DNA of 64,000 nucleotides, from positions 7,394-71,393 of the forward strand of contig NZBN01000002.1 in assembly GCA_002687935.1 (NCBI GenBank). Reading direction: 5' to 3'. Positions 37,524 through 47,771 of the stretch are shown here, piece after piece (positions within the stretch are counted from its first letter, which is position 1; every line of letters starts with the position of its first letter). The notes beneath the pieces were generated by a model. The model ran no database searches. It saw only the letters and a list, made by a program, of their open reading frames with translations, and was not told the origin of the DNA. The position numbers and the translations under genes are program-made. Origin of the DNA: Methanobacteriota archaeon. Lineage in GTDB: Archaea > Undinarchaeota > Undinarchaeia > Undinarchaeales > Undinarchaeaceae.

Positions 37524-37930
37524 TTTTCTGGCATGTCTTCCACTAACATATCGCTATATGTCATCGATTTTATATTTCCCGAGACTTGGTACTTTTTATT
37601 CCCTCTTTTGTAAATGTCTCCGCGTGCAAGAGCCTCCAGTGTATATCCTGCGTCTGCCTTTTCTATTTTAAGCTCCTTTATTTCATTAAGAAGGAAATTA
37701 GTGGTGTCTAATTGAAAAAGTAGTTCATCTAAATACTCATAAAGAACTTGGGACAGATCTTCTCCTTCTACTTCCACTCTTTTTTCAACATTTGGCTCAA
37801 TTTTTTCTGTGTCAGTTATAATTCCAAACATAGCAAGAGCTGCGTTTGAAAAAGCTTCTTCCATAGTCTTTCCAAATGCTCTGAATTTCGCGTCTGCTGT
37901 ATGTTCAAGATATTCGTATTTTTTCATCAT
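37493..37930 (-). CDS. Archease (RtcB activator)
   Basis: 145 aa with N-terminus MMKKYEYLEHTADAKF, immediately upstream of rtcB. Confidence 0.8.
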   Translation of the reverse strand: MMKKYEYLEHTADAKFRAFGKTMEEAFSNAALAMFGIITDTEKIEPNVEKRVEVEGEDLSQVLYEYLDELLFQLDTTNFLLNEIKELKIEKADAGYTLEALARGDIYKRGNKKYQVSGNIKSMTYSDMLVEDMPEKCMVQVVVDI

Positions 37931-37948
37931 AAGACTTAGATTAAATAT

Positions 37949-38689
37949 CTAAATAAGTCCTCCGTAGCCTTTTTTCTCAATCTCATCTGCAAGTTCAGGA
38001 CCGCCGGTTTTTACAAGTTTTCCATCCTTCATTATAATTATTCTGTCTGGTTTTACATATTCAAGAATTCTCTTGTAATGTGTTATCAAAAGTATAGCTC
38101 TTTCTGAATTTCTTATCTTGTTTATCCCTTCGGCTACTGCCTTTAGTGCGTCAATGTCAAGTCCTGAATCAGTTTCATCAAGTATTGCCAGATCTGGTTC
38201 AAGTACGGCCATCTGGAGAATTTCTGTGCGTTTTTTCTCCCCTCCTGAGAATCCCTCATTAATATATCGGGAAAGAAATTCTTCATCTATTCCTAGTTCT
38301 TCAGCACTTTTCTTGAAACTCTCATAAGTTTTCAACAAATCAATTTTCTCATCTTTTCCCTGTCTTGCCTGAACTGCCGCTCTTAGAAAGTTTGCAACTG
38401 TGACTCCTGCAACTGCTGATGGATATTGGAAGGACATGAATATTCCTCTCCTTGCTCGTTTATCAGGTTCAAGCTCTTTCATACTCTCTCCTTTGAAAAG
38501 TATATCTCCTGATTCGATACGGTATTTTGGATTTCCCATTATAGTATTAGCCAGTGTACTCTTCCCCGAGCCATTTGGTCCCATGAGCGCAAGCACTTCC
38601 CCTTTCTTAATCTCTAAATTAAAGGAGTTAATTATTTCCTTTCCTTCTACACTTACACTTAGATTTTTAACATCAAGCAGATTTGTCAT
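37949..38689 (-). CDS. sufC: Fe-S cluster assembly ATPase SufC
   Basis: ABC ATPase with Walker A GPNGSGKST and the LSGGEKKR signature. Confidence 0.9.
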   Translation of the reverse strand: MTNLLDVKNLSVSVEGKEIINSFNLEIKKGEVLALMGPNGSGKSTLANTIMGNPKYRIESGDILFKGESMKELEPDKRARRGIFMSFQYPSAVAGVTVANFLRAAVQARQGKDEKIDLLKTYESFKKSAEELGIDEEFLSRYINEGFSGGEKKRTEILQMAVLEPDLAILDETDSGLDIDALKAVAEGINKIRNSERAILLITHYKRILEYVKPDRIIIMKDGKLVKTGGPELADEIEKKGYGGLI

Positions 38690-39056
38690 TTTTTCCTCTT
38701 ATTGCCGTTTGTATTGATTCTAGTGGCAGAAGAGCGCATTTCATTCTGACTGGACCTATTTCTATATTCAACATTTTTAAAATATCGTCCTTTCTAATTT
38801 TCATAATATCTTCAATGAATATTCCAAGTATTTTCTCTGAAAGCATTGATGCAGCAGCCTTACTTATTGCACAAGCTTCTCCAGTGAATCTGATTTCATC
38901 TAGTTTCTCTTTCTTCATCTTAAGTGTGAATCTTAAGGAGTCCCCGCAGGATAAATTTTCACCAAGATACTCTAGGTCGGGATTTTCAAGCTTACCATAG
39001 TTTCTGGGATTTCTATAATGCTCCATTATATTTTCCCTGTAAAGTGTATTTGTCAT
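38673..39056 (-). CDS. SufU/IscU-like Fe-S scaffold protein
   Basis: N-terminus MEHYRNPRNYG with conserved Cys residues. Confidence 0.75.
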   Translation of the reverse strand: MTNTLYRENIMEHYRNPRNYGKLENPDLEYLGENLSCGDSLRFTLKMKKEKLDEIRFTGEACAISKAAASMLSEKILGIFIEDIMKIRKDDILKMLNIEIGPVRMKCALLPLESIQTAIRGKNDKSA

Positions 39057-40276
39057 GAAAAACTATTCTTCGCTCGTTTGAGGGCTTCTATAAATGAGTC
39101 AACTTCCTCCATTGTATTGTAAATATAGAAGCTTGCCCGTGCGGTCGCTTCAATTCCCAGCATTTTCATCAGAGGCTGTGTGCAGTGGTGTCCTGCTCTT
39201 AATGCGATTCCCTCTTCATTCATCAAGGATGCTATATCATGGGCGTGGATTCCATCAAGAGTAAAAGAAACTATTCCAGTTCTTGATTCCTTAGGTGGAC
39301 AATATATTTTTAATCCATCTAGTTTTTCCAGTTCATCTACAGCGTAATTCGCCAAGCGCATTTCATATGAATGTATTTCCGTCATCCCTATCTTCTCAAG
39401 ATAATCTATTGCTGCGGAAAATCCAATTGCCTGCGCAATTATAGGAGTTCCTGCCTCAAATTTCCATGGAAGTTCGTCCCAGACCGCCTTTTCATATGAA
39501 ACTTCCTGTATCATACCCCCTCCTGTAATAAAGGGCTCCATTTCCTTCAAGTGCTCATGTTTCCCATATAACGCTCCTATTCCTGTCGGTCCGAGCATTT
39601 TGTGCCCAGAAAATGCAAAGAAGTCGCAGTCCAGCTCTTTAACATCAACTGGCATGTGAGGTGCGCTCTGTGCCCCATCTACATTTATCAAGGCAGAGTT
39701 TTCATGTGCAAGTTTTCCGAGTTTTTTTATATCGTTAAGTGTTCCGAGTGAGTTTGAAACATGTACAATTGAAACAATTTTTGTTTTATTTCCAATGAGC
39801 TCTTCAGCCTGCTCCATATCCAGAGTTAAGTCTTCATTCATCTCAATAAATTTCAAAGAAGCTCCTGTTTTTCTACATACTTCCTGCCAAGGAATTAAAT
39901 TGCTATGGTGTTCCATCCGGCTCATCACAACTTCATCACCTTTCTCCAAATTATGCATTCCCCAGGACTTCGCGACTATATTTAGAGATTCGGTGGTATT
40001 TTTTGTGAATATGAGTTCCTCGATTGAGTTTCCTCCAATGAATTTGATAGCTTTGAGGTGGGCATTCTCATAGAGTTCTGAAGCTTCCTCACTCAGAGTA
40101 TGGACTCCTCTGTGAACGTTTGAATTACTTGTTTTGTAAAAATCGCTTATTGCATTTATAACACTGTTTGGTTTTTGTGTACTTGCTGCATTGTCAAGGT
40201 ACACTAGAGGCTTCCCATTAATTTTCCTTTGCAGTATCGGAAAATCTTCACGTATCTTACCGATATCAGGAGTCAT
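39053..40276 (-). CDS. sufS: Cysteine desulfurase SufS (PLP-dependent)
   Basis: 407-aa class V aminotransferase with a SGHK PLP-lysine motif. Confidence 0.85.
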   Translation of the reverse strand: MTPDIGKIREDFPILQRKINGKPLVYLDNAASTQKPNSVINAISDFYKTSNSNVHRGVHTLSEEASELYENAHLKAIKFIGGNSIEELIFTKNTTESLNIVAKSWGMHNLEKGDEVVMSRMEHHSNLIPWQEVCRKTGASLKFIEMNEDLTLDMEQAEELIGNKTKIVSIVHVSNSLGTLNDIKKLGKLAHENSALINVDGAQSAPHMPVDVKELDCDFFAFSGHKMLGPTGIGALYGKHEHLKEMEPFITGGGMIQEVSYEKAVWDELPWKFEAGTPIIAQAIGFSAAIDYLEKIGMTEIHSYEMRLANYAVDELEKLDGLKIYCPPKESRTGIVSFTLDGIHAHDIASLMNEEGIALRAGHHCTQPLMKMLGIEATARASFYIYNTMEEVDSFIEALKRAKNSFS

Positions 40277-41438
40277 TTATTTCTTCCACCTTCCCACCAA
40301 TAAGCTTCCTAATATCTTTTGCGAACTCAGGCTCCATTTTTTGAACAAATGCGTCGAAAAAGCCTCCGACTTGCAGCTTTTTTGCTTCATTTTTACTCAG
40401 ACCTCTGGTCATAGAATAAAAAATGGCGTCTTCATCAAGTTGTCCTATTGATGTAGCGTGGCTACATCGGACATCATTGTTATCTATCTCCAAATAGGGT
40501 ACTGCTGAAGCTTCAGCTTTTTCGCTCAAGAGTAGTGTTTCTTCTTCTTGAAATCCCTCTGAATTGCTGGCCCCTTCTCTTATTTTAATAAATCCTCTAC
40601 TTACTGCCTTTGACTTCCCGTCTAGTGCTCCTATTACATGAAGCTTTGAATTTGTGTTTTTTCCAATGTGTTCAGAGTGCATATGGATGTCATATTTCTG
40701 GTCATTTCGTCCAAAGAACAACCCATATTGTGTTGTGCTCGCTCCACTTTCCTTTAGTTTTGAATTCAGAGTAGTTTTAGCAAATAAAGCTCCTAAATCA
40801 CAAGTCATCCAATTGATATTTGAGTCTCTTTCTACATTTCCTTCAAAAGCAGATATAGACTTGCTCAGCTTTCCCAGATTTTGCATATTACCATAATTTA
40901 CTTCAGCGCCTTTCTTGGAGTATATTTGTACTTTCTCTGTTTTCAGTCCTGGGCCTCCAGTATTTCTTTTTATTATTGAGATTTTACTCAGTTCTTCGGC
41001 GAGGATAATTATGTGTTCTGCTCTAAATTCACTATTATTTGTACTTTCTATTCTCAGTACTTCATCATAATTCACTGAGCCCTCAGTTTTTATAAAAATT
41101 CCTTCACCCCAAAAAGCCTGGTGCAGAGCATCAGCTTTTGTTTCTGGTTTTTCTGTAAAAAGTTTGTCTTTGAGCCATTTCTCTTTTCTCGCAGCTTCAG
41201 CCAGTGTCATTGCAATCGAAGGACCTATTAGCACTGAGTTTATTTTTTTAGGATTTTTTTCACTTTCTGGAATTTTGAATCTGATATTGGAGTTCATTAC
41301 TATATCTGGGCCATATTTGAATGATGGTTCAGGAACAGTTTCAAACATTTCAAGAGCCTCAAGTCTCCTTTTGAGAAGCCATTTTGGCTCTCCTGCGTTC
41401 TGGGAGTTTACTGAAATCTGCTCTATAATTGAATCCAT
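40266..41438 (-). CDS. sufD: Fe-S cluster assembly protein SufD
   Basis: SufB/D-family beta-helix protein in the position between sufB and sufS. Confidence 0.75.
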   Translation of the reverse strand: MDSIIEQISVNSQNAGEPKWLLKRRLEALEMFETVPEPSFKYGPDIVMNSNIRFKIPESEKNPKKINSVLIGPSIAMTLAEAARKEKWLKDKLFTEKPETKADALHQAFWGEGIFIKTEGSVNYDEVLRIESTNNSEFRAEHIIILAEELSKISIIKRNTGGPGLKTEKVQIYSKKGAEVNYGNMQNLGKLSKSISAFEGNVERDSNINWMTCDLGALFAKTTLNSKLKESGASTTQYGLFFGRNDQKYDIHMHSEHIGKNTNSKLHVIGALDGKSKAVSRGFIKIREGASNSEGFQEEETLLLSEKAEASAVPYLEIDNNDVRCSHATSIGQLDEDAIFYSMTRGLSKNEAKKLQVGGFFDAFVQKMEPEFAKDIRKLIGGKVEEINDS

Positions 41439-41439
41439 A

Positions 41440-42834
41440 CTATCCTATAGAATCCTCCATCTCCATCTCTATTAATCGGTTGAGTTCTACAGCGTATTCA
41501 AGTGGAAGTTCCCTGACTATGGGTTCTATAAATCCTGAAACAATCATTTTCTTGGCTTCCTCTTCTGTCAGACCTCTTGACATAAGATAGAATATTTGCT
41601 CTGCGCTTATTTTTCCGACAGTCGCTTCGTGAGCTACATCTACCTTTTCTGTATCAACTTTCATGTAAGGATATGTGTTAGAAACTGAGCTGCCATCCAT
41701 AAGGAGTGCATCACACTGGACGCTTGTTTTGCTTCCTTCAGCATTCTTCCCAATTTTTATGTGACCTCTGTAGGAAGATACTCCTCCGTCCTTACTGATA
41801 CTTTTTGCTGTAATTGTTGATTTCGTGTTTGGTGCAAGATGATACATCTTACTTCCGGTATCTTGATTCTGATCTTCTCCTGAAAAGGCAATTCCCAGGT
41901 AATCTGACTTGGCATTTTCTCCAATAAGCAGACTTGATGGATAAAGCATTGTAACACAACTACCCATATTCCCATTTACCCATTCTAAAAGTCCGTTCTT
42001 TTCTACAATTCCGCGTTTTGTGTTAAGATTGAAGGTGCTCTTGCTCCAATTTTCAACACTGCTGTATCTGCCTCTCGCCCCTTCTAATATATGTATCTCT
42101 ACTCCGCCTGCGTGAAGTGAGAAATCATCATATCTTGGAGCTGAACATCCTTCAATATAATGAAAGCTTGAGTTCTTCTCAGCTATTATTAAAGTATGTT
42201 CAAATTGTCCCAGTTTTGCAGCATTCATTCTGAAATAAGCCTGTAATGGCATAGTTACTTTGACATTCTCAGGAACATAAAGAAAAGTCCCCCCACTCCA
42301 TACCGCTCCATGGAGTGCCGCAAATTTATGAAGATTTGGCGGAATGCACTTTGTCATAAAATATTTTTTAACCAAGTCAGGGTGTGTTTGAACAGCCTCA
42401 TCCATATCAAGAAAAATAACTCCTTGTTTCTCCCATTCCTCCTTGAGACTGTGATACACTACATCACTTTCATATTGGGCACCGACTCCAGCAAGAACTT
42501 TCTGTTCAGCTTCAGGAATTCCTAGCCTTTCAAATGTTTTTTTGATATCTTCAGGGACATCTTTCCAGTCCTTTGCGTTTTTTTCTGCATCTGGGGAAGC
42601 GTAAAAACTGATTTTATCTAAGTCCAGTTTTTCAAGACTGGGTCCCCATTTAGGGTATTCTAGTTTATTGAATAATCCAAGAGATTTCAGGCGGTGTTCA
42701 AGCATCCATTCTGGTTCATTTTTCTCAGAAGAAATTTTTTTAACTACAGTTTCACTGATTCCAGGCTCAGCTTTAAAACGATGCCTCTCCGCATTCTTGT
42801 GTCCAAAAGTATCCCGATTTATATTTTTAGTCAT
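41440..42834 (-). CDS. sufB: Fe-S cluster assembly protein SufB
   Basis: 464 aa with the conserved SufB C-terminal region. Confidence 0.85.
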   Translation of the reverse strand: MTKNINRDTFGHKNAERHRFKAEPGISETVVKKISSEKNEPEWMLEHRLKSLGLFNKLEYPKWGPSLEKLDLDKISFYASPDAEKNAKDWKDVPEDIKKTFERLGIPEAEQKVLAGVGAQYESDVVYHSLKEEWEKQGVIFLDMDEAVQTHPDLVKKYFMTKCIPPNLHKFAALHGAVWSGGTFLYVPENVKVTMPLQAYFRMNAAKLGQFEHTLIIAEKNSSFHYIEGCSAPRYDDFSLHAGGVEIHILEGARGRYSSVENWSKSTFNLNTKRGIVEKNGLLEWVNGNMGSCVTMLYPSSLLIGENAKSDYLGIAFSGEDQNQDTGSKMYHLAPNTKSTITAKSISKDGGVSSYRGHIKIGKNAEGSKTSVQCDALLMDGSSVSNTYPYMKVDTEKVDVAHEATVGKISAEQIFYLMSRGLTEEEAKKMIVSGFIEPIVRELPLEYAVELNRLIEMEMEDSIG

Positions 42835-43223
42835 TTCACAATCTCTCTCTTTTCAGGGTCTAGGTGGCAGTCAGAACATATATTTTCAGCTTCAGGATCC
42901 CGTATTTTATGCAACTTGCATACAATATCCATCGTTTGCGGTAAATTTATGAGTCTCAGAAGTTCCTGCATAACACTGCTATCTACGTTTGAAATATTTC
43001 TTCCTGCCTTTTCTATTTCCTTCTGTGTTGCCTCAGCAAAACTTACTCGGTTTCCCCGCTTTAAATTTCTGTACTGAGAAATTGCACTAGGAGTAAGTCC
43101 CATTAAATTCGCTACATCCTTTTGTTTCATTTCCTGCGTTTCGATAAGCTGTATAGCGATTTCTCTCCTCAAAGCAGGCAATATATAATTTGCCTGTATG
43201 TCTTGTGGCAGTAATACTTTCAT
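42831..43223 (-). CDS. HTH transcriptional regulator with a C-terminal Cys motif (putative suf operon regulator)
   Basis: HTH segment DVANLMGLTPSAISQYRN plus a C-terminal CKLH...CSDCH. It lies immediately upstream of sufB. Confidence 0.5.
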   Translation of the reverse strand: MKVLLPQDIQANYILPALRREIAIQLIETQEMKQKDVANLMGLTPSAISQYRNLKRGNRVSFAEATQKEIEKAGRNISNVDSSVMQELLRLINLPQTMDIVCKLHKIRDPEAENICSDCHLDPEKREIVK

Positions 43224-43265
43224 ATAATAATTAAGTTAACAGCCGTTAATAAAACTTATTATTCC

Positions 43266-43538
43266 CTAATCTTCCTGAGAAATAGCGTCAACAGGGCAAT
43301 ACTCTATTGCATCCTCTATCTGGCCTTTTTTGTATTTTTTCTTTTTAATTACTTCTGCCTTTTCACCCTGTTCAGTCTGAACCATTTTAAAATCAGGATA
43401 TTCAAAATTCACAGTCGGGCAAAGGCAACAACCTATACATTTTTCTTTATCTACGACTGGTTTTTTCTCAGTATATTCTTCACTCATACAGAATAAGTTC
43501 TGTAATTCCTTATAAGTTCTTGCACTAAATCGGTGCAA
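43266..43538 (-). CDS. Small 4Fe-4S ferredoxin-like protein
   Basis: CIGCCLCP...CPVD motif. Confidence 0.55.
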   Translation of the reverse strand: MHRFSARTYKELQNLFCMSEEYTEKKPVVDKEKCIGCCLCPTVNFEYPDFKMVQTEQGEKAEVIKKKKYKKGQIEDAIEYCPVDAISQED

Positions 43539-44217
43539 TCGACAATAGATAATTCAAGAAGTCAGAGAGTATGTAATTGTACAATATCCAATTGAACATA
43601 TATATCATGGCAATTTTTATCATAACTTCAGGTACCGGTCTTGCGGTTAAAACAAGTGTTAAAATTACGAAGAATACCATGTAAACTGTAAGGCTCAGGA
43701 AGTAGTAGAATCCAAGGTTTGAAAGAATTCCACGTGTTCCGACTAATTCAAAAATTACCATTACAACGAGTGACCAAATACTCAGATATATCAACTGGGC
43801 TATAGCTACCTGACTGTCTTTAATCAAAGCGAAATCAATAAGCCTTGGCTTTGAATTTATCCTTATGATTATCGCAGTTGTTACAACAATTATCGCGAGA
43901 ACCAGCCAAAGATTGAAGTAAAGCATTAGTCCGAAGAGTATAATGTGCATAAAGGCTATGCCTATCCGGTTTAAAATGGACATTCGTGATAAAAGGAAAA
44001 TTACTGAAAGTAACAAAATAGCGTTTATTGCCTCGTTTTCCCCACCAACATTTGCAGTCCAGGCCAGCGTTATTAGTAAAGCAAGAAGAAAAACCATTAT
44101 AATTGTTGCAATAAATTTTCCGGGGTTAGGACTTTTTGAAGAGTAGTTTCTCCCCCTTGTTACGGCATCCTTCATACCAAGTCCTCCTTCTAGTGTTGAG
44201 GCAAAATCTTTCCGCAT
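43525..44217 (-). CDS. Polytopic membrane protein, hypothetical
   Basis: 230 aa, highly hydrophobic. Confidence 0.4.
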   Translation of the reverse strand: MRKDFASTLEGGLGMKDAVTRGRNYSSKSPNPGKFIATIIMVFLLALLITLAWTANVGGENEAINAILLLSVIFLLSRMSILNRIGIAFMHIILFGLMLYFNLWLVLAIIVVTTAIIIRINSKPRLIDFALIKDSQVAIAQLIYLSIWSLVVMVIFELVGTRGILSNLGFYYFLSLTVYMVFFVILTLVLTARPVPEVMIKIAMIYMFNWILYNYILSDFLNYLLSIAPI

Positions 44218-44237
44218 AGTCCACCACTGTTCTAGTA

Positions 44238-44756
44238 TTATTGCTTTGTCGTTTTATCTATCTTTGTATAGCCAAAATATAGTAAAGAAGCAAGGGCAAG
44301 TCCTATGAGAATCAGCCTGAGGTACTTATTCAGGAATCCCCAATATCTTAGTGTGGTGTAAATAAAGAGGAAAATTCCCCCGCTAAGAATCCCTGAACCA
44401 ACTGCGTCAAGACTCGTCAGTAGTATTCCTGCACTAATTGCAAGTATAGCAAATATTCCAAGAACTATGAAGGCCACTCTCGCATGTTTTTCATTTTCTA
44501 TATTATAATCCTCTTCACAAGTTCTATAATCAGGATTGCTGTCAGGGTCAAAATTAAAGTCTCGAGTCTCATTCCTGTCCAAGAGGTCCCAGCAGGTATG
44601 TTCTGGACTTTCATAGAAAACTTCCATCCCATAGGCAAAGAATATAGTGAATACAAGACCGATACCGATAACGACGAAGAATTTTTTGAATCCCATGTTA
44701 TACTCTAGTGGGAAATTTGTATATAAAGCTTTATTTACTTCAAGGTCAATTATCAA
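44238..44756 (-). CDS. Membrane protein, hypothetical
   Basis: 172 aa with three TM segments. Confidence 0.4.
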   Translation of the reverse strand: MIIDLEVNKALYTNFPLEYNMGFKKFFVVIGIGLVFTIFFAYGMEVFYESPEHTCWDLLDRNETRDFNFDPDSNPDYRTCEEDYNIENEKHARVAFIVLGIFAILAISAGILLTSLDAVGSGILSGGIFLFIYTTLRYWGFLNKYLRLILIGLALASLLYFGYTKIDKTTKQ

Positions 44757-44759
44757 ACT

Positions 44760-45659
44760 ATGTTCAGCATAACTTTTCTCGGAACAAGCTCAGGCACGCC
44801 TACCGTAGCGAGGGCGCATTCAGCAATCGCTCTCCAGCTGAATGGTGAGATAATCCTGTTTGACTGTGGAGAAGGGACACAAAGGCAGATGATGAAGGCG
44901 AAAACATCTATGATGAAAGTCCGCAGAATTTTTATTACACACTGGCATGCTGACCATTCTCTTGGTCTTGGAGGTCTTATTCAGACAATGTCCTTGCTCG
45001 GAAGGACGGAAGCTCTTGAGATATATGGTCCCTGTGGAACGAAAAAATATATGAAAAGCCTTCTGGACGTTGGTCATTTTAATCCAAAATATCAGCTTCG
45101 CGTAAACGAGCTTAAGGATGGAGGAAAAGTTGAAGGAAAAGGATACAATGTCTTGGCAATAGACGCTAAACATTCTGTTCCTGCGCTAAGTTATCGCATG
45201 GATGAGCCCCAGAAGCCTGGAAAATTTGACAGGAAAAAGGCAGAGTCTTTTGGACTAAAACCACCTCAATTCGGTGAGCTTCAGCGCGGAAATACTCAAA
45301 AGGTTGGAAGAAAAACTATTAAGCCCTCATATGTCATGGGTCCGCTCAGAGAGGGCGCTTCTTTTGTTTATTCAGGGGACACAGCGTATAATGAATCTCT
45401 TGTAAAATTGTCGAATAAGGCCACAGTCTTGGTCCACGAATCGAGTTTTGCCAATGATAAAAAAGACTTTGCCAAAGAAGTTATGCATTCAACAGCAGAG
45501 GATGCTGCGACTGTTGCAAAGAAGGCAGGAGTTAAAAATCTGGTTCTGACTCACATAAGTCCGCGTTATTTGGAAACAAAGACCCTTCTTAAGGAAGCCA
45601 GTAAAATTTTCAAAAATACTAGACTTGCAAAGGATTTCGACAAATTAGAATTTAAGTAG
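44760..45659 (+). CDS. rnz: Ribonuclease Z (tRNA 3' endonuclease, metallo-beta-lactamase fold)
   Basis: ITHWHADH motif. Length about 300 aa. Confidence 0.8.
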   Translation: MFSITFLGTSSGTPTVARAHSAIALQLNGEIILFDCGEGTQRQMMKAKTSMMKVRRIFITHWHADHSLGLGGLIQTMSLLGRTEALEIYGPCGTKKYMKSLLDVGHFNPKYQLRVNELKDGGKVEGKGYNVLAIDAKHSVPALSYRMDEPQKPGKFDRKKAESFGLKPPQFGELQRGNTQKVGRKTIKPSYVMGPLREGASFVYSGDTAYNESLVKLSNKATVLVHESSFANDKKDFAKEVMHSTAEDAATVAKKAGVKNLVLTHISPRYLETKTLLKEASKIFKNTRLAKDFDKLEFK

Positions 45660-46493
45660 TTAACAGGCCGCCACTATTGTTGCAAATATTGACACGATGT
45701 AGGGTGCAGAATAAGCAAAAATAACTATGACTGGTATTGTCCAGGCTAAAATTGCTTTTACTGTGTCAAAACCCTGTGAAATTTTGCTTGCAAATGTCAG
45801 AGGGTAGAACCACAATATTCCTGCTAGTAAATATGCTATAAATATTACACATGCATTTGGTATTGCAGATACCATTGACATTAGAAATACAATCGGTGCC
45901 ATTGAAACTGCAATTAAATGAGATTGTTTTCGAAAGCTCTTCTTTCCTCCAATTGCCAGAGAGAAGAAATGCAGAATTGCGCTGAATGAAATCCAGATAA
46001 GTATAGCTACAAGTGGGTTGACAAGAATATGTGTAAGTGAGTTCACAGCCCCTGCCTTTCCGAAAATCATGGAAATCCCAATTCCTGAGTTCAGTGGCTC
46101 ACTTGACGCTCCTGTAAAAATTGTGATAATTACACTTATCAAACCTCCAATAATTCCTCCAAAAACACCGGCTATAGCGAGATGTGCGATTGAATTTGGA
46201 AATTTTGCCAGCTTTTTCTGCTTTTCAAATATTGCAGAAGGAGATACGAAAACCCTTACCCATACTGTTAGATAATCAGAAATTCCAAAATCCTTTTCTT
46301 TCAGGGGTTTTTTTATTGTCGCAACTGTCCCCCCTGGTGCCTGTACTGGCTTAGGTTTTTTAATTTCATCTATGGCTGTATCAATTTCTCTTACTTTGTG
46401 ACCGAAGCTTACTAGGTGCTGCCTAATATTCTCCTCATCGTGACCTGAACTAATTTGCTTCTTTATATAATCTATCAATTCCTTTTTAGCCAT
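45660..46493 (-). CDS. Membrane protein with N-terminal cytosolic domain (Yip1/DUF-like)
   Basis: Soluble N-terminus followed by five TM helices. Confidence 0.4.
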   Translation of the reverse strand: MAKKELIDYIKKQISSGHDEENIRQHLVSFGHKVREIDTAIDEIKKPKPVQAPGGTVATIKKPLKEKDFGISDYLTVWVRVFVSPSAIFEKQKKLAKFPNSIAHLAIAGVFGGIIGGLISVIITIFTGASSEPLNSGIGISMIFGKAGAVNSLTHILVNPLVAILIWISFSAILHFFSLAIGGKKSFRKQSHLIAVSMAPIVFLMSMVSAIPNACVIFIAYLLAGILWFYPLTFASKISQGFDTVKAILAWTIPVIVIFAYSAPYIVSIFATIVAAC

Positions 46494-46602
46494 ACTCTGC
46501 CTAAACTTTTCCCTTATATATCTCTTACTTCTGCTGTGTTCTGTAATGTTTTTATTTTATAATTGGTCAAATATTTAAACTCACTGCCACAGAGCTTAGT
46601 TT

Positions 46603-47766
46603 ATGCAGGAAAATCCTTTTAGTGATTCCGTTCCGTCTCATCTTGCCATAGCGGCGACAGTTTATACAAGAGCTCTTTCAGACCTTGAAAAACTATCTGA
46701 TACCAATAGGTCAAAGCTCTTCCTTGTGATTGGAGACTATGGAAATGGAAAGTCTCATGCGCTTGAAAAACTGAAGAATGATATAAATATCCAAAAAAAG
46801 GACAAGCTTGCAGTTTATACTTCTGCGTTTGCTACGAAAAGCTTGAGACGAATTTATGAGCAGGTTTGTGCTGAACTAATTACAGGTAAAATTGAAAAAT
46901 TTGAAAAGGGGGTTGAAGCTCGTCTGGCAATGGTTTCCAAAGGAATTCCATCCAAGATAATTGAAATTTTCTATGAAGGAAACCACTTAAAAAATCTCGA
47001 TGAAATTTCAGAAAGTCTCCCCTTTGGAAAAGTTGTAAATTCTTCTGCGGATGCAGTTGATTTCATCTGCGCAATAAGCCTTTTAGTTGGTCAGATGATT
47101 CTTCTTATAGATGATATTGAAGAAGCAAGTGTTCTTGAGAGAGCTGAACGCAAGGCATTTTTCGGACATATAAGGGCTCTTTATGACCAGTCAGTAAGAA
47201 AAGATTTGAATCTTAGTGTTATTTTGGCAATGACTTACAAAAAAGTTGAACTCCTCGAGGCAGATCGTCCTGATTTACTGGAGAGAACTGACCATTTTAT
47301 TGACTTCGTAAAGCCAAGTAAAAAAGAGTTTTTTGAGATGGTCAAACGGCGTCTTGAAGTAAGTGGTCTCGGTAATTATTCTTTTACAGATGATGCACTT
47401 GAAACTACTTGGGAAAGTCTTCCTTCAATAAGGTCTATGTTTAATCTTCTTCGTGATAGTCTAGACAAGGCAGAAAAGGACGGTGTTGAAGAGATTAAAT
47501 CTATAGTTATTCCTCAAAAGAAAAAATCTGAAATGGCAAGCGCCTTACAAAGGTCAGCCTACAAACCGGCAGACGATGAGATTGTTACAGTCCTACAAAA
47601 AAAGGATGGACTATACGTTGAGGAAATAGTGAGCAGAACTGAAATGAGTGCTTCTTGGATAAGACACAGACTTGCAGATTTGGTACGGGGAAATGTGCTT
47701 AGAAAGGAGCAGGAGGCGAGGAATAAGCCTGCCAAATACTATTTGGTTAAAGGTAAGAGCCGTTAA
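46603..47766 (+). CDS. P-loop NTPase with C-terminal winged-helix domain (Orc1/Cdc6-like or archaeal-ATPase-like architecture)
   Basis: Walker A VIGDYGNGKSH, Walker B MILLIDDIEE and a C-terminal wHTH (VEEIVSRTEMSASWIRHRLADLV). Confidence 0.55.
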   Translation: MQENPFSDSVPSHLAIAATVYTRALSDLEKLSDTNRSKLFLVIGDYGNGKSHALEKLKNDINIQKKDKLAVYTSAFATKSLRRIYEQVCAELITGKIEKFEKGVEARLAMVSKGIPSKIIEIFYEGNHLKNLDEISESLPFGKVVNSSADAVDFICAISLLVGQMILLIDDIEEASVLERAERKAFFGHIRALYDQSVRKDLNLSVILAMTYKKVELLEADRPDLLERTDHFIDFVKPSKKEFFEMVKRRLEVSGLGNYSFTDDALETTWESLPSIRSMFNLLRDSLDKAEKDGVEEIKSIVIPQKKKSEMASALQRSAYKPADDEIVTVLQKKDGLYVEEIVSRTEMSASWIRHRLADLVRGNVLRKEQEARNKPAKYYLVKGKSR

Positions 47767-47771
47767 ATTAA

